Shown: one piece after another, positions 10,266-19,257 of the stretch | Layout of the letters: each line of letters begins with the position of its first letter | How positions within the stretch are numbered: the stretch's first letter is position 1 | DNA from: a virus | Strand: one strand, 5' to 3' | DNA: 64,000 nt | IMG/VR virus record: IMGVR_UViG_3300042507_006854 | Location: 1 to 64,000 of that record | Position numbers and translations under genes: made by a program | The notes under the pieces: model-generated | The model's database searches: none | What the model was told of the DNA's origin: nothing | Seen by the model: only the letters and a program-made list of their open reading frames with translations

Positions 10266-10266
10266 T

Positions 10267-10962
10267 ATGAAAGTTTTACAAAAAGGAGATGTGAGTGAAG
10301 AAGTAAAACAATGGCAATTGTTTCTTCAAAGTGCTGGTTATAAAATTCCCTATGTTGATGGAGCTTTTGGACCGGCAACTGAACGAGAAACTGTAAAATT
10401 TCAAGTTAAAAATGGGTTAAAAGCGGATGGAGTTGTTGGACCAAAAACTTGGAAATTTGTAACGAATATTTCTAAGAATACCCCGCTTTCTCAAAAATGG
10501 CCAAAACAAAATTACACAAGTATGGTTAATTTTTATGGACCAGTTGGTGAAAATCAAACTAAATTAGATGTTCCATATAAATTAAAATTAGCATGGGCGC
10601 CATCGACAACCTTAACACGTATTACTTGCCATGAGAAAGTTGCACAATCTCTTTATAAAATATTTGAAAGTACTTTAAAAACATATGGAGAGAAAGAAAT
10701 TTCTCGTTTAAAATTAGATATGTTTGGTGGATGTTTAAATGTTCGTCGTATGCGCGGGGGGTCCGCATGGTCAATACACAGCTGGGGAGCAGCAATAGAT
10801 CTTGATCCAGACAATAATCAATTAAAATGGCCAAAACCAAAAGCAATATTAAGTCGTGCTGAATATAATGAATTTTGGAAAATAGTTGAATCCGAGGGAT
10901 GGACGAGTTTAGGTAAGGAACGCAATTTTGATTGGATGCATTTTCAAGCTGCTTATTTATAA
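10267..10962 (+). CDS. Endolysin: peptidoglycan-binding domain plus M15-family Zn peptidase
   Basis: PG_binding_1 motifs (VDGAFGPAT, ADGVVGPKTW) and M15 motifs (SIHSWGAAIDL, DWMHFQ). Start placed at ATG 10267. Confidence 0.9.
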   Translation: MKVLQKGDVSEEVKQWQLFLQSAGYKIPYVDGAFGPATERETVKFQVKNGLKADGVVGPKTWKFVTNISKNTPLSQKWPKQNYTSMVNFYGPVGENQTKLDVPYKLKLAWAPSTTLTRITCHEKVAQSLYKIFESTLKTYGEKEISRLKLDMFGGCLNVRRMRGGSAWSIHSWGAAIDLDPDNNQLKWPKPKAILSRAEYNEFWKIVESEGWTSLGKERNFDWMHFQAAYL

Positions 10963-10979
10963 TAAAATTATAAAAATTA

Positions 10980-10985
10980 GTGTAA
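10980..10985 (+). promoter_or_regulatory. GTGTAA putative late promoter element (head operon)
   Basis: 24 nt before the ATG at 11004. Confidence 0.6.
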
Positions 10986-11003
10986 TATATTTATAATAAT
11001 AAA

Positions 11004-12749
11004 ATGCCTACATTCGAAGACGTTCCAGTAGAAAAAAATATTGATCCCAAAACAGGATTTGATTTATCTGATTTGGCAATTTCATTTACTAGACCCATTT
11101 CATTATGCGCGATGGAAATTAATAAATGCGAAAATGATAAAATTATTATTGGTAGCAAACTCAAAAATGTTGCCCTATTAGAAGAACAAAGTGTAAATTT
11201 ACAAATGGATTCAATGAAAGATTTTAAATACTCAATTAAATTCGATGGGATTATTGTTCAAGCAATGGTTCCATTTGACGAAGATAAATATTTAGCAGTC
11301 GCTTCGATTGATCAATTAAAACAATATCTTCCACAAAATGTTGATCTTGATGTTAATCGTGATTTAATGGGTGTAGCATTTGATGCATTTGTAGTAAATC
11401 GTGGTAATAAGAACGGGCATATTATTAGTACTGACGTTGCGTTAGCAATGGTAGAAAATTTTATTAATAAGCCTTTTAATATCGAACATAATCGTAAAGT
11501 TGTAGTTGGTGTTTGTACTGGATATGGATTTAGCGAATTTGGTAGTAGCAAGCCTTTAACTTTAGAAGAAGTTAAAGCAATGAAAGATCCGTTTAACGTT
11601 GTTCTTTCTGGCTATGTATGGAAAATTGTAAATCCCGAGTTTGCTTCAGAGCTTGTTGAAAGTAGCGACCCATCTTCTAATAAGTATCTCTCAGTAAGCG
11701 CGAGTTGGGAGCTTGGATTTAATGAATTTAATGTCGCTAAAGGTAATAAAAATTTAGCTGACGCAACGATTGTAGAAAAAGAAGAGGATATCATAGAATT
11801 AAAAGATCGTCTTAAGGTTTTTGGTGGAAATGGTTATACAGAAGATGGAGAAATTGTTTTATTAAATCTTCAAGGAAGCGTTCTTCCTTTGGGAATTGGT
11901 TTTACTAATACTCCTGCGGCTGAAGTTAGCGGTGTTGTTATTTCTTATGATAAGCCTCAGACGGAAGAAGCTGTAAAAGCCGAGGAAGAAATTCAAGAAA
12001 ATAATAATCAAGAAAAAAATGAAATTGAATCGTCTGAAATTAAAATGAATAAAAAAAGTGTCCCTGAAGAAAATAAAAATGTAAAAAATATTATGCAACT
12101 AAAAAATATTGATGATATTACGGAAGATTCCATTAAGGAAGTTGCTGCAAGTCAAGTTCGTGAATTTATTTCGAATCGTATTGCAGACCTAGCGAAAGAA
12201 TGGCAATCGAAAGTTGAAGAAAAAGAAACAGCACTTAAAGCCGCTGAAGATCAAATCGCTGAATTAAAAACCAGCCTTGAATCAATCAAAGCTGATAGTG
12301 AAAAAGTAAAAGAAGAATTCTCAAAAATTCAAGAAGATCTTAAAGCCAAAGAAATTGAAGCCAATTTCCAACGTCGTATGGCCTTGCTTGATGAAGAATT
12401 CGATCTTACTGATGAAGATCGTAGTATCATCGCAGAAGATTTAAATGCCATTGAAAATGACGAACAGTTCGAAAAATGGTATAAAAAATTCTCTACATTT
12501 GCCGCCGCTAAAAAGAAAATGGCTAAAGCTGAAAAGAAAGAAGACTATAAAAAAGAAGAAATGAAAGAAGAAGTCAAAGAAGAAAAAGCTTCTGAAGTCA
12601 TTGCTAGCGAAGAAAAAACTGTAGAAGAAGTAATTTCGAGTGCAGAGGTAAAGGAAGAAGTTCTTCCGAACGCTTCCTCTCCTCAAGAAGTATCGTTGGT
12701 TGAAAAAATCAGCGCCGCTTTCAATAAAAATAGCGTAAAAATTAAATAA
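11004..12749 (+). CDS. Prohead protease fused to scaffold
   Basis: N-terminal domain with NKNG, PFNIEH and SASWEL motifs (His/Ser of a HK97/herpes-type protease). C-terminal Glu/Lys-rich coiled coil. Upstream of the capsid genes. Confidence 0.75.
   Translation: MPTFEDVPVEKNIDPKTGFDLSDLAISFTRPISLCAMEINKCENDKIIIGSKLKNVALLEEQSVNLQMDSMKDFKYSIKFDGIIVQAMVPFDEDKYLAVASIDQLKQYLPQNVDLDVNRDLMGVAFDAFVVNRGNKNGHIISTDVALAMVENFINKPFNIEHNRKVVVGVCTGYGFSEFGSSKPLTLEEVKAMKDPFNVVLSGYVWKIVNPEFASELVESSDPSSNKYLSVSASWELGFNEFNVAKGNKNLADATIVEKEEDIIELKDRLKVFGGNGYTEDGEIVLLNLQGSVLPLGIGFTNTPAAEVSGVVISYDKPQTEEAVKAEEEIQENNNQEKNEIESSEIKMNKKSVPEENKNVKNIMQLKNIDDITEDSIKEVAASQVREFISNRIADLAKEWQSKVEEKETALKAAEDQIAELKTSLESIKADSEKVKEEFSKIQEDLKAKEIEANFQRRMALLDEEFDLTDEDRSIIAEDLNAIENDEQFEKWYKKFSTFAAAKKKMAKAEKKEDYKKEEMKEEVKEEKASEVIASEEKTVEEVISSAEVKEEVLPNASSPQEVSLVEKISAAFNKNSVKIK
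12093..12749 (+). CDS. Predicted nested scaffolding protein (internal in-frame start)
   Basis: In-frame ATG (MQLKNIDD...) at the start of the coiled-coil region, 14 nt after an ATGTAA promoter-like motif. Confidence 0.5.
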   Translation: MQLKNIDDITEDSIKEVAASQVREFISNRIADLAKEWQSKVEEKETALKAAEDQIAELKTSLESIKADSEKVKEEFSKIQEDLKAKEIEANFQRRMALLDEEFDLTDEDRSIIAEDLNAIENDEQFEKWYKKFSTFAAAKKKMAKAEKKEDYKKEEMKEEVKEEKASEVIASEEKTVEEVISSAEVKEEVLPNASSPQEVSLVEKISAAFNKNSVKIK

Positions 12750-12769
12750 ATAGAAAGAAATAAAATATT

Positions 12770-13306
12770 ATGGCAAATTTAAAACCATTTAGAGATTATG
12801 ATGAGCATGATGTCGTAAATCTTTTTGCTGTCAATGCGGAATCCCTTAATAAGGGAACTGTTGTTGTAGCAAACGGAAACGGTGTTGATCTTAAAAATAA
12901 TCTAAGTTTAGACAATCTTTCTCAATACGGGAATACTCTTTCCGCACAATTCAACGTTCCTTGGACTGTTAGCGCCGCTCCTTCTGGTGCAGCTAAAGGT
13001 CAAATCGTTGGGTTATTGCTTAAAGACGTTCGTAAAGTAGATGAGAACGGTGAACAATTAATTTACAACCCACGCAAGGCAGCTGAGATGGATGTCATCA
13101 TCAGTGGTCAAGCATGCCCAATTCTTACAAAAGGGCTTGTTCTTGTTAATGGTATTGTTGGCACCCCAGGTTTTGGTAGCGGCGCAGCTGTTTCCGATGC
13201 TGGTGGTGGAGATCTTAAAGTTGTATCTTATGCAACCGCAACAGTCGGCAAATTCCTTGGTCCTAAAAATGACGAAGGATATGCTCTCTTAAAGGTAGAA
13301 CTCTAA
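12770..13306 (+). CDS. Capsid decoration/cement protein
   Basis: 178 aa, Gly/Ala/Val-rich, between scaffold and major capsid gene. Preceded by AGAAAG. Confidence 0.65.
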   Translation: MANLKPFRDYDEHDVVNLFAVNAESLNKGTVVVANGNGVDLKNNLSLDNLSQYGNTLSAQFNVPWTVSAAPSGAAKGQIVGLLLKDVRKVDENGEQLIYNPRKAAEMDVIISGQACPILTKGLVLVNGIVGTPGFGSGAAVSDAGGGDLKVVSYATATVGKFLGPKNDEGYALLKVEL

Positions 13307-13326
13307 TACAAAAAGAAAGAATAAAT

Positions 13327-14451
13327 ATGAAAATTCAATTTGATAAAAACCCAGAGCAAATCGAGCTTATTAAAGCCCTTGCTTCTGATAATAAAACTGT
13401 AGCGGTGGAGGCACAAGAAGCTTTCGCAGCATTCATTAGTGATGTTATTCAGCAAGTTCTTTTACAAGCCGGTTCTGCTCCTATGATTTACAGAGACGTA
13501 GAATTTGATGAAGATGATTCTCCTTCGATTCCTCTTGATCTTTACTACGGTCTTAATGAAGGACACATCAGCGTATGGAGTCAAACTGTTGGTGGCGGAT
13601 TGCCAACCAATTTCGTACAGGGCATGCAAGAAATGAAAATCAATACCTATCGTTTAGATAGCGCGATTTCCATGGATAAACGTTATGTACGTAGAGCCCG
13701 TCTTGATGTTGTTGCTGCTGGTTTAGAACGTATGGCCAACGAAATTCTTGTTAAACAAGAACGTAACGCTTGGGCTGTCATTCTTAAACTATTAGCTGAT
13801 GCTACAACTAATGGTAACAAGCATGTTTTCCGTGTCGGAACAGCTGGAACTTTCCAACTTGACGACATGAACAAGCTTTGGACTTTGGTTCGTAGATTAA
13901 ATACCGCTTACACTGGTGGTACACCACAAGGCTTACAAAGCCGTGGTTTAACAGACATCTTCGTAAGCCCAGAAGTCAAAGAACAAATTCGCGCATTCGC
14001 TTATCAGCCAATGAACACACGCGCCGGAACAGTTGCTACAAGTGGTGCTACCGCAGTACCTCTTCCTGACAGCATCCGTGAAGATATCTATCGTGCTGCT
14101 GGTACGAACGAGATCTTCGGCGTAACAATTCATGAATTGCTTGAACTCGGTGAAGGTCGTAAATACAATGACTTGTTCGATACCTTTGCTGGTTCGACAC
14201 AATTCAATACTTATGGTCAAGCTGGTGGATCAACTTTCACAAGCGCTTCCGATGAATTAATTCTCGGTATCGATGCTAGCCGCAACGCTTTCTTGCGCCC
14301 AGTCGCAATCCAAAGCGAAACACGCGGTCAAGTAAAAGTTCTTCCTGACGATCAATTCTTAGCTCGTAGCCAAAAAGTTGGTTTCTACAGCTTCGTAGAA
14401 GAAGGTCGTGTAGCTGTTGACGCTCGTGCAGCTGTTGGTTTAATTGTATAA
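13327..14451 (+). CDS. Major capsid protein (HK97 fold)
   Basis: 374 aa, in the expected position, strongly biased codon use (many C-ending codons), HK97-like C-terminal pattern. Followed by a strong terminator. Confidence 0.85.
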   Translation: MKIQFDKNPEQIELIKALASDNKTVAVEAQEAFAAFISDVIQQVLLQAGSAPMIYRDVEFDEDDSPSIPLDLYYGLNEGHISVWSQTVGGGLPTNFVQGMQEMKINTYRLDSAISMDKRYVRRARLDVVAAGLERMANEILVKQERNAWAVILKLLADATTNGNKHVFRVGTAGTFQLDDMNKLWTLVRRLNTAYTGGTPQGLQSRGLTDIFVSPEVKEQIRAFAYQPMNTRAGTVATSGATAVPLPDSIREDIYRAAGTNEIFGVTIHELLELGEGRKYNDLFDTFAGSTQFNTYGQAGGSTFTSASDELILGIDASRNAFLRPVAIQSETRGQVKVLPDDQFLARSQKVGFYSFVEEGRVAVDARAAVGLIV

Positions 14452-14474
14452 TTAAATTTAATAGTTTAAAAATT

Positions 14475-14506
14475 AAGAGCCGCTCCGAAAGGGCGGCTCT
14501 TTTTTT
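14475..14506 (+). terminator. Rho-independent terminator after major capsid gene
   Basis: AAGAGCCGCTC-CGAAAG-GGCGGCTCTT GC-rich hairpin followed by a T-tract. Confidence 0.9.
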
Positions 14507-14552
14507 GTAAAAAATTTAGATTATTTTTATATTTAATGTAATAATATTTAAG

Positions 14553-14930
14553 ATGAATACTCAAGCTAAAAAGAAAAGGGGTCGCCCCTCTAAAAAAGAA
14601 ATGCTACAAATTCACGGTAAAGAAGAAAAAATTCAGAAGCAGCCCTCTTCTTTAGATGAAATTTTAGGTGAAACTCTTTCTGTTTATACAGCTAATAGTT
14701 CAGAGCAATACCGTGGACAATTGGCAGAAATGAATATGACTGATTTACAAGCTCATGCTTATAAAATTGGTCTCGTTCCAACTCCAGATCGCAAAGTTCT
14801 TACAGATCGTTTAGTTCAAGAATTTATAAAATGGAATTCTAGATATGGAAGTAATGTCATTGAAGGCGAAATTAAATCTATTGATGATTTAGACTCAAAA
14901 GCACGAAAGATCTTAAGAGAAGGTGCTTAA
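14553..14930 (+). CDS. Small basic protein with AT-hook and HeH/Rho-N-like motif
   Basis: KKKRGRPSKK and MNMTDLQAHAYKIGL...RKVLTDRL. Confidence 0.5.
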   Translation: MNTQAKKKRGRPSKKEMLQIHGKEEKIQKQPSSLDEILGETLSVYTANSSEQYRGQLAEMNMTDLQAHAYKIGLVPTPDRKVLTDRLVQEFIKWNSRYGSNVIEGEIKSIDDLDSKARKILREGA

Positions 14931-14935
14931 TTTTT

Positions 14936-14941
14936 GTGTAA
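14936..14941 (+). promoter_or_regulatory. GTGTAA putative late promoter element (neck operon)
   Basis: 14 nt before the GTG start at 14950. Confidence 0.55.
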
Positions 14942-14949
14942 AATAGTAT

Positions 14950-15483
14950 GTGAACTGTCAAAATTATTTAACACAATTTATTACAAATGTTTATTATGAT
15001 TTAGGTGAGCCTATAGATTATACTCCAACAAGATTAACAGCTTGGTTTGTAGATAATTCTAATTTAGGGAAATTAAATAATCTAATCGGAACCCATTTTT
15101 CAGGTGTTGCTTACACAAATAGTGAAAACATTATTACTGGCTATGGAATAAATCCAGAGCCAAACAATGACCAATTGTCTATTTATAAATTAATATTTGA
15201 TTGTAATTTTTTAAAAAATCAATCCAGACATTTAGCAAAAAGTTCTGCAACTATTGGGAATGACTGGACGACTTTAAAGGAAGGGGATAGTACGATAACT
15301 AAAATTAATAAAAATGAGATCTCTAAAAATTTCAGAGGTCTTTCTCAGGATTGTCAAGCAGAGTTAGACAAAGCCGTAAAGATGTATCTTAAATATAATG
15401 CGACTCCTGATCAAGTTATTGGAGACGACACCGTTGGAGTTGCCAATTATATAGTACAAGAATATCAAAGAACACTAAATTAA
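14950..15483 (+). CDS. Putative head-tail adaptor
   Basis: Synteny after capsid genes; size; 'TLKEGDSTIT' beta-hairpin typical of adaptors. Confidence 0.5.
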   Translation: MNCQNYLTQFITNVYYDLGEPIDYTPTRLTAWFVDNSNLGKLNNLIGTHFSGVAYTNSENIITGYGINPEPNNDQLSIYKLIFDCNFLKNQSRHLAKSSATIGNDWTTLKEGDSTITKINKNEISKNFRGLSQDCQAELDKAVKMYLKYNATPDQVIGDDTVGVANYIVQEYQRTLN

Positions 15484-15484
15484 T

Positions 15485-15916
15485 ATGCCAAGTTTTGTTT
15501 CAGATGCGGAAAAATTATCGTGGGCAAATGAATTTAATAATTTGCATGATACATTTGCGCGCCCAGTTACAGTCTGGAAAACCCCAGAACGTATAGTTGT
15601 TTCGAGCGATCCAAATTATAATTTTTTATACAATGAGCAAGAATCTATTGAAGTAACATATATTCCAGTTAGTGGAAAATTTGATTGTCGTATACAATGG
15701 CAAGACCCATCTAAAATGGGTGGATGGCCAGAAATTCGAGAAGAAGTTCGTGGCAATATATGCCGAATAAAAGCTAAAAAAGATTTTATAGATTTTATTA
15801 GCGATGCTGAAAAAATTGAAATTGATGGCCGTCCAGTTCAAGCACTTGGTACTAACAGACCGCACGGACTTTTTAATATAGATTTTTATACAATGTTTTT
15901 CAAGGAGAGTGAATAA
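15485..15916 (+). CDS. Putative head closure (stopper) protein
   Basis: Synteny; 143 aa, beta-rich. Confidence 0.5.
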   Translation: MPSFVSDAEKLSWANEFNNLHDTFARPVTVWKTPERIVVSSDPNYNFLYNEQESIEVTYIPVSGKFDCRIQWQDPSKMGGWPEIREEVRGNICRIKAKKDFIDFISDAEKIEIDGRPVQALGTNRPHGLFNIDFYTMFFKESE

Positions 15917-16494
15917 TGGGTAAAAGTTTAAATAAAAAAGCTTTACAATTAGAAATCCTGAGTAATAAAGCAATTAAACAATTTATTAGAGATCGGGTTT
16001 CTGAGGAGATAGAAGTGCAAAAAAATATTTTTTTAAAAGAATTTGAATCTCACCCAGTTACGCAAGAAATTGAGGGTGAAGAAAATGCCTCTAATATCTC
16101 TGGCACTCTTGGTGGTTATGGTAATTTATATTCTTTTTTAGGTTTTTCTAGGGGTTCCAATCCAACCTTACCTGTAAAAGTTTTAATTCAAAAAATAACT
16201 TTAAACAAAAACCCAACAGTTAAAAATAATGGTTACCAATTTAAGCTTACCGTTCCTTCGAAAGAGGAATTTGCTTCTGTTACTAAATTGCCATGGGAAG
16301 GTGGAAGAAGTTGGTTATTTGATATCGAAAAAGTTATTTCTGGTTTGGGGGCCTATTTATATGGAAAATTTTCAGGCTCAAGATCTGGAGGGGGTATACA
16401 AAGCAATTATAATTATTCTGGTAAAGTTTTTAAACCGACTAAATATTTTACTGGGATTTATAATAAATTTTTATTTAGAATAGGAGCGAAGTAA
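15916..16494 (+). CDS. Putative neck/tail completion protein
   Basis: Synteny; basic protein ending in a 'FKPTKYF' motif as in neck-1/gp10-like proteins. Confidence 0.45.
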   Translation: MGKSLNKKALQLEILSNKAIKQFIRDRVSEEIEVQKNIFLKEFESHPVTQEIEGEENASNISGTLGGYGNLYSFLGFSRGSNPTLPVKVLIQKITLNKNPTVKNNGYQFKLTVPSKEEFASVTKLPWEGGRSWLFDIEKVISGLGAYLYGKFSGSRSGGGIQSNYNYSGKVFKPTKYFTGIYNKFLFRIGAK

Positions 16495-17789
16495 TGAAAG
16501 CTAGTTATATAACAAATTTAATGTCAAGTTTTTATTTATGGTTGGATCATGAAATATTATATCATGGAGAAGCTTTTACAAATTATAGTGGAAAACTTTA
16601 TCCGTCTACAGACCCGAATTTCGCTAAAAACTCTTTATATAGCTCGCCGTTTCGTCAATGGGTATACGACCAGAGTATTCCTAATGCAAATATTCCTTCT
16701 GGTATTTTTATTAATAATAATTATATTTCTCGTGGAACTTATGGCTTAAATATTGACTTTAACAAAGGTCGTGCTATATTTTTAAATAGTGGTATAAATT
16801 CCAATAATGTAGCGGCAAACTATAGTTTAAAAGAATACAATATTTATTATACTGATGAACGTGAAGAAAAATTACTTTTTGAAAAAGCTTATAATTTAAC
16901 ACCGAAAGTAACTCAAATTATAAGTGGTTTGGGATATTTAGATACCCCTTATCCTTGTATCTTTATTAAACATCGTATTGGTGAAAACTTACCTTTTGCT
17001 TTCGGTGGCGAAGATTCTACAAAGACAATGATTCGTTGCATTGCTCTTGCTGCTAATAGTTTTTCTTTAGACGGGTTAATTTCAATATTAAGTGATAGCG
17101 CTCGTAAGGTTTTTCCAGTATTAACGCCAGATGATTTTCCATTTAACTATTTTGGAGATCTTAAAGCGGGGCAGAGTTTTAATTATATTAATTTATGTAA
17201 AGAACAATTGCCTTCTAATTTTGTTTATATAGATAAAGTAACCGTATCGAAACTAGACGAAATTGACAACGCAAAGATCAATAAAAAATGCGTTGCAGCT
17301 TTAATTGATTTTGAATTATCTCATGTTCGATCGCCTAGAATATCTAACAATAGTTCTTCGTCGAGTTCTTCGTCGAGTTCTTCGTCAAGTTCTTCGTCAA
17401 GTTCTTCGTCAAGTTCTTCGTCAAGTTCTTCGTCAAGTTCTTCGTCAAGTTCTTCGTCAAGTTCTTCGTCGAGTTCTTCGTCATCTAGCGTTGAAATTCC
17501 AGGCTCTTTATCTAGTATTTTAATTCAAAATGGTGGATGGAATATTTTAAATGGCACTTTTGATTATAGTGCTGAATTGAATAGCAAGCCTTATTATAAT
17601 AAAAATGGTGATGGTAATTTATTTATTGTTTGGTTTGACAACCAATGGGGTATATACGATTTTAATCAGAACCCTATAGATCCAATTTATTTTAGTACAA
17701 GTAATACCTTATATCCATGGAACGCACAAAATTGGTCTGCTATTAACAATATTTATTTACCAATACCAACTATTAATCAAATTATTTAA
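16494..17789 (+). CDS. Putative tail terminator with poly-Ser linker and appended C-terminal domain
   Basis: Directly upstream of the tail tube; 'PYPCIFI' motif; about 46 Ser; extra ~100-aa Trp/Asn-rich domain. Confidence 0.55.
   Translation: MKASYITNLMSSFYLWLDHEILYHGEAFTNYSGKLYPSTDPNFAKNSLYSSPFRQWVYDQSIPNANIPSGIFINNNYISRGTYGLNIDFNKGRAIFLNSGINSNNVAANYSLKEYNIYYTDEREEKLLFEKAYNLTPKVTQIISGLGYLDTPYPCIFIKHRIGENLPFAFGGEDSTKTMIRCIALAANSFSLDGLISILSDSARKVFPVLTPDDFPFNYFGDLKAGQSFNYINLCKEQLPSNFVYIDKVTVSKLDEIDNAKINKKCVAALIDFELSHVRSPRISNNSSSSSSSSSSSSSSSSSSSSSSSSSSSSSSSSSSSSSSSSSSSSSSVEIPGSLSSILIQNGGWNILNGTFDYSAELNSKPYYNKNGDGNLFIVWFDNQWGIYDFNQNPIDPIYFSTSNTLYPWNAQNWSAINNIYLPIPTINQII
17352..17483 (+). repeat. 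Tandem repeat, 11 x 12 bp (AGTTCTTCGTCR), encoding poly-Ser
   Basis: Read directly from the sequence. Confidence 0.95.
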
Positions 17790-17841
17790 TATAATAAAAT
17801 TAAGTAGTGTCTTGAGTAAGAATATACTGTAATATATTAAT

Positions 17842-18930
17842 ATGAGCAGAAATAGAATCATTTATAACGTGTTAGCTCTTTATGCTAGCCAAGTAAATCC
17901 AAGTGGTCAGCAAACTGGTGCTGGTGCCGTTAAACAATTGACTCGCGTACAGTCTTTTGATGAGGATTTTTCAAGAAATTTAACTGATGTTAACCAATTC
18001 GGTAACTTGGCCGCTATTGACCGTATTGAAGTTGAAGCCCCAACTGTTAACGCAAGCCTTTCATACTACATTACAGATGGTAGTAACGAAAAATATTTAG
18101 GTCTCACCGTAACCCCAAACGGGGGAGCAATTAACGTTTCTTGTATTTCTGGGATTTTAAATAAATCAACGGATGAAAAAAATTATTATCTTTTAATTGC
18201 CGACGAAGGTAATGACGCGAACGGTTATAATGGTAACAGTGGTATTATTGGTGTCGGTAACGGATTTATTACTTCATATAGTGTTAATGCTGCCGTAGGT
18301 GAAATTCCAACAGCCACTGTTGACATGGAAGCTTTAAATATTCGTATTTATTCCAATGTTACTGGCGCTTCACAAGTACCAGCTGTAAACCCTGTTAATG
18401 GTTTACCAATTACTACCGCTCAATTTAGATTGCCAGTTGGTCAAACAAATGATAACGCTACTCAAGTAACAGCTTTACAACCTGGAGACATCGAATTTAC
18501 TCCAGTTGGAACAGTTGGTTACGATGAAGAAAACTTAAAAGTTCAAGACTTTACTCTTTCATTTGACTTAGCTCGTACTCCATTACAAAAACTCGGATCG
18601 AAATTCGCATTCTCTCGTGAAATTGACTTCCCAGTAACTGCTACCCTTGAAATCAATGCCGAAGTTGGGGATCTTAAAGATGGTAACTTGGCTGATCTTC
18701 TTTGCGCTACTGGAACGCATGATTTCACAATTACATTGAAGAAACCTGATTGCAGTGGTAATGGCCAAGCATCATTAAGATATCTATTCAAGGGTGCTAA
18801 AATTATTAGCCAAAACTTCAGTTCAGCAATCGGAGATAATGCTTCAATGAGCGCTACTTATGAAGTTCAACTTGGTGGACCACAAGATCTTGCAAAAGGT
18901 ATCTTTATTTCTGGTTCATACGCTGCCTAA
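17842..18930 (+). CDS. Major tail (tube) protein
   Basis: 362 aa, beta-rich, highly expressed codon bias, own promoter-like motif (CTGTAA at 17827) and terminator. Upstream of chaperones and TMP. Confidence 0.75.
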   Translation: MSRNRIIYNVLALYASQVNPSGQQTGAGAVKQLTRVQSFDEDFSRNLTDVNQFGNLAAIDRIEVEAPTVNASLSYYITDGSNEKYLGLTVTPNGGAINVSCISGILNKSTDEKNYYLLIADEGNDANGYNGNSGIIGVGNGFITSYSVNAAVGEIPTATVDMEALNIRIYSNVTGASQVPAVNPVNGLPITTAQFRLPVGQTNDNATQVTALQPGDIEFTPVGTVGYDEENLKVQDFTLSFDLARTPLQKLGSKFAFSREIDFPVTATLEINAEVGDLKDGNLADLLCATGTHDFTITLKKPDCSGNGQASLRYLFKGAKIISQNFSSAIGDNASMSATYEVQLGGPQDLAKGIFISGSYAA

Positions 18931-18946
18931 TTAGCATTTAATAATT

Positions 18947-18980
18947 AAAAAAATGGGCACTTCTGGTGCCCATTTTTTTT
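18947..18980 (+). terminator. Rho-independent (possibly bidirectional) terminator
   Basis: A-tract, ATGGGCAC-TTCTG-GTGCCCAT hairpin, T-tract. Confidence 0.9.
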
Positions 18981-18985
18981 ATTTA

Positions 18986-19009
18986 GTGTAAGTTATCTTA
19001 GGAACAAGG
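18986..19009 (+). promoter_or_regulatory. GTGTAA element plus AGGAACAAGG leader
   Basis: Both recurrent motifs present, immediately after a terminator. Confidence 0.6.
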
Positions 19010-19024
19010 TTAGTAAAGGACAGT

Positions 19025-19249
19025 ATGGATTTAAACTTAAACGAATTTGTTGAGGGCTTAATTTACAGAGATGTAAAAAAACTTTATTTATCTTTTCTAT
19101 ACATATTAGAAGACCTCCGTGATCAAGAAAATATTTCTGAAGAAAATTTTCAAAAATTAAGAAAACGTGTTCTCGATTATGGAAATAATTGTTATAGAAA
19201 TATAGAAGAACAATTAAATAGTTTTGATTTTAACTTGACTAAAAAATAA
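19025..19249 (+). CDS. Hypothetical helical protein
   Basis: ORF with an AAAGGA ribosome-binding-site-like sequence. Confidence 0.55.
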   Translation: MDLNLNEFVEGLIYRDVKKLYLSFLYILEDLRDQENISEENFQKLRKRVLDYGNNCYRNIEEQLNSFDFNLTKK

Positions 19250-19257
19250 AATATATT

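Noticed and set aside
10189-10266. ORF-track N-terminal extensions (endolysin from 10189, lipoprotein from 8865, GT4 from 46298)
   Set aside because: The extensions overlap neighbouring genes or promoter motifs; downstream ATGs at 10267, 8880 and 46208 fit the domain starts.
17352-17483. Possible CRISPR array
   Set aside because: The 12-bp units are contiguous with no unique spacers, lie in frame within a CDS, and no cas genes are present.
17305-17523. ORF with VLRQ/VLRR repeats
   Set aside because: It is the alternative-frame reading of the 12-bp poly-Ser repeat inside a longer gene.
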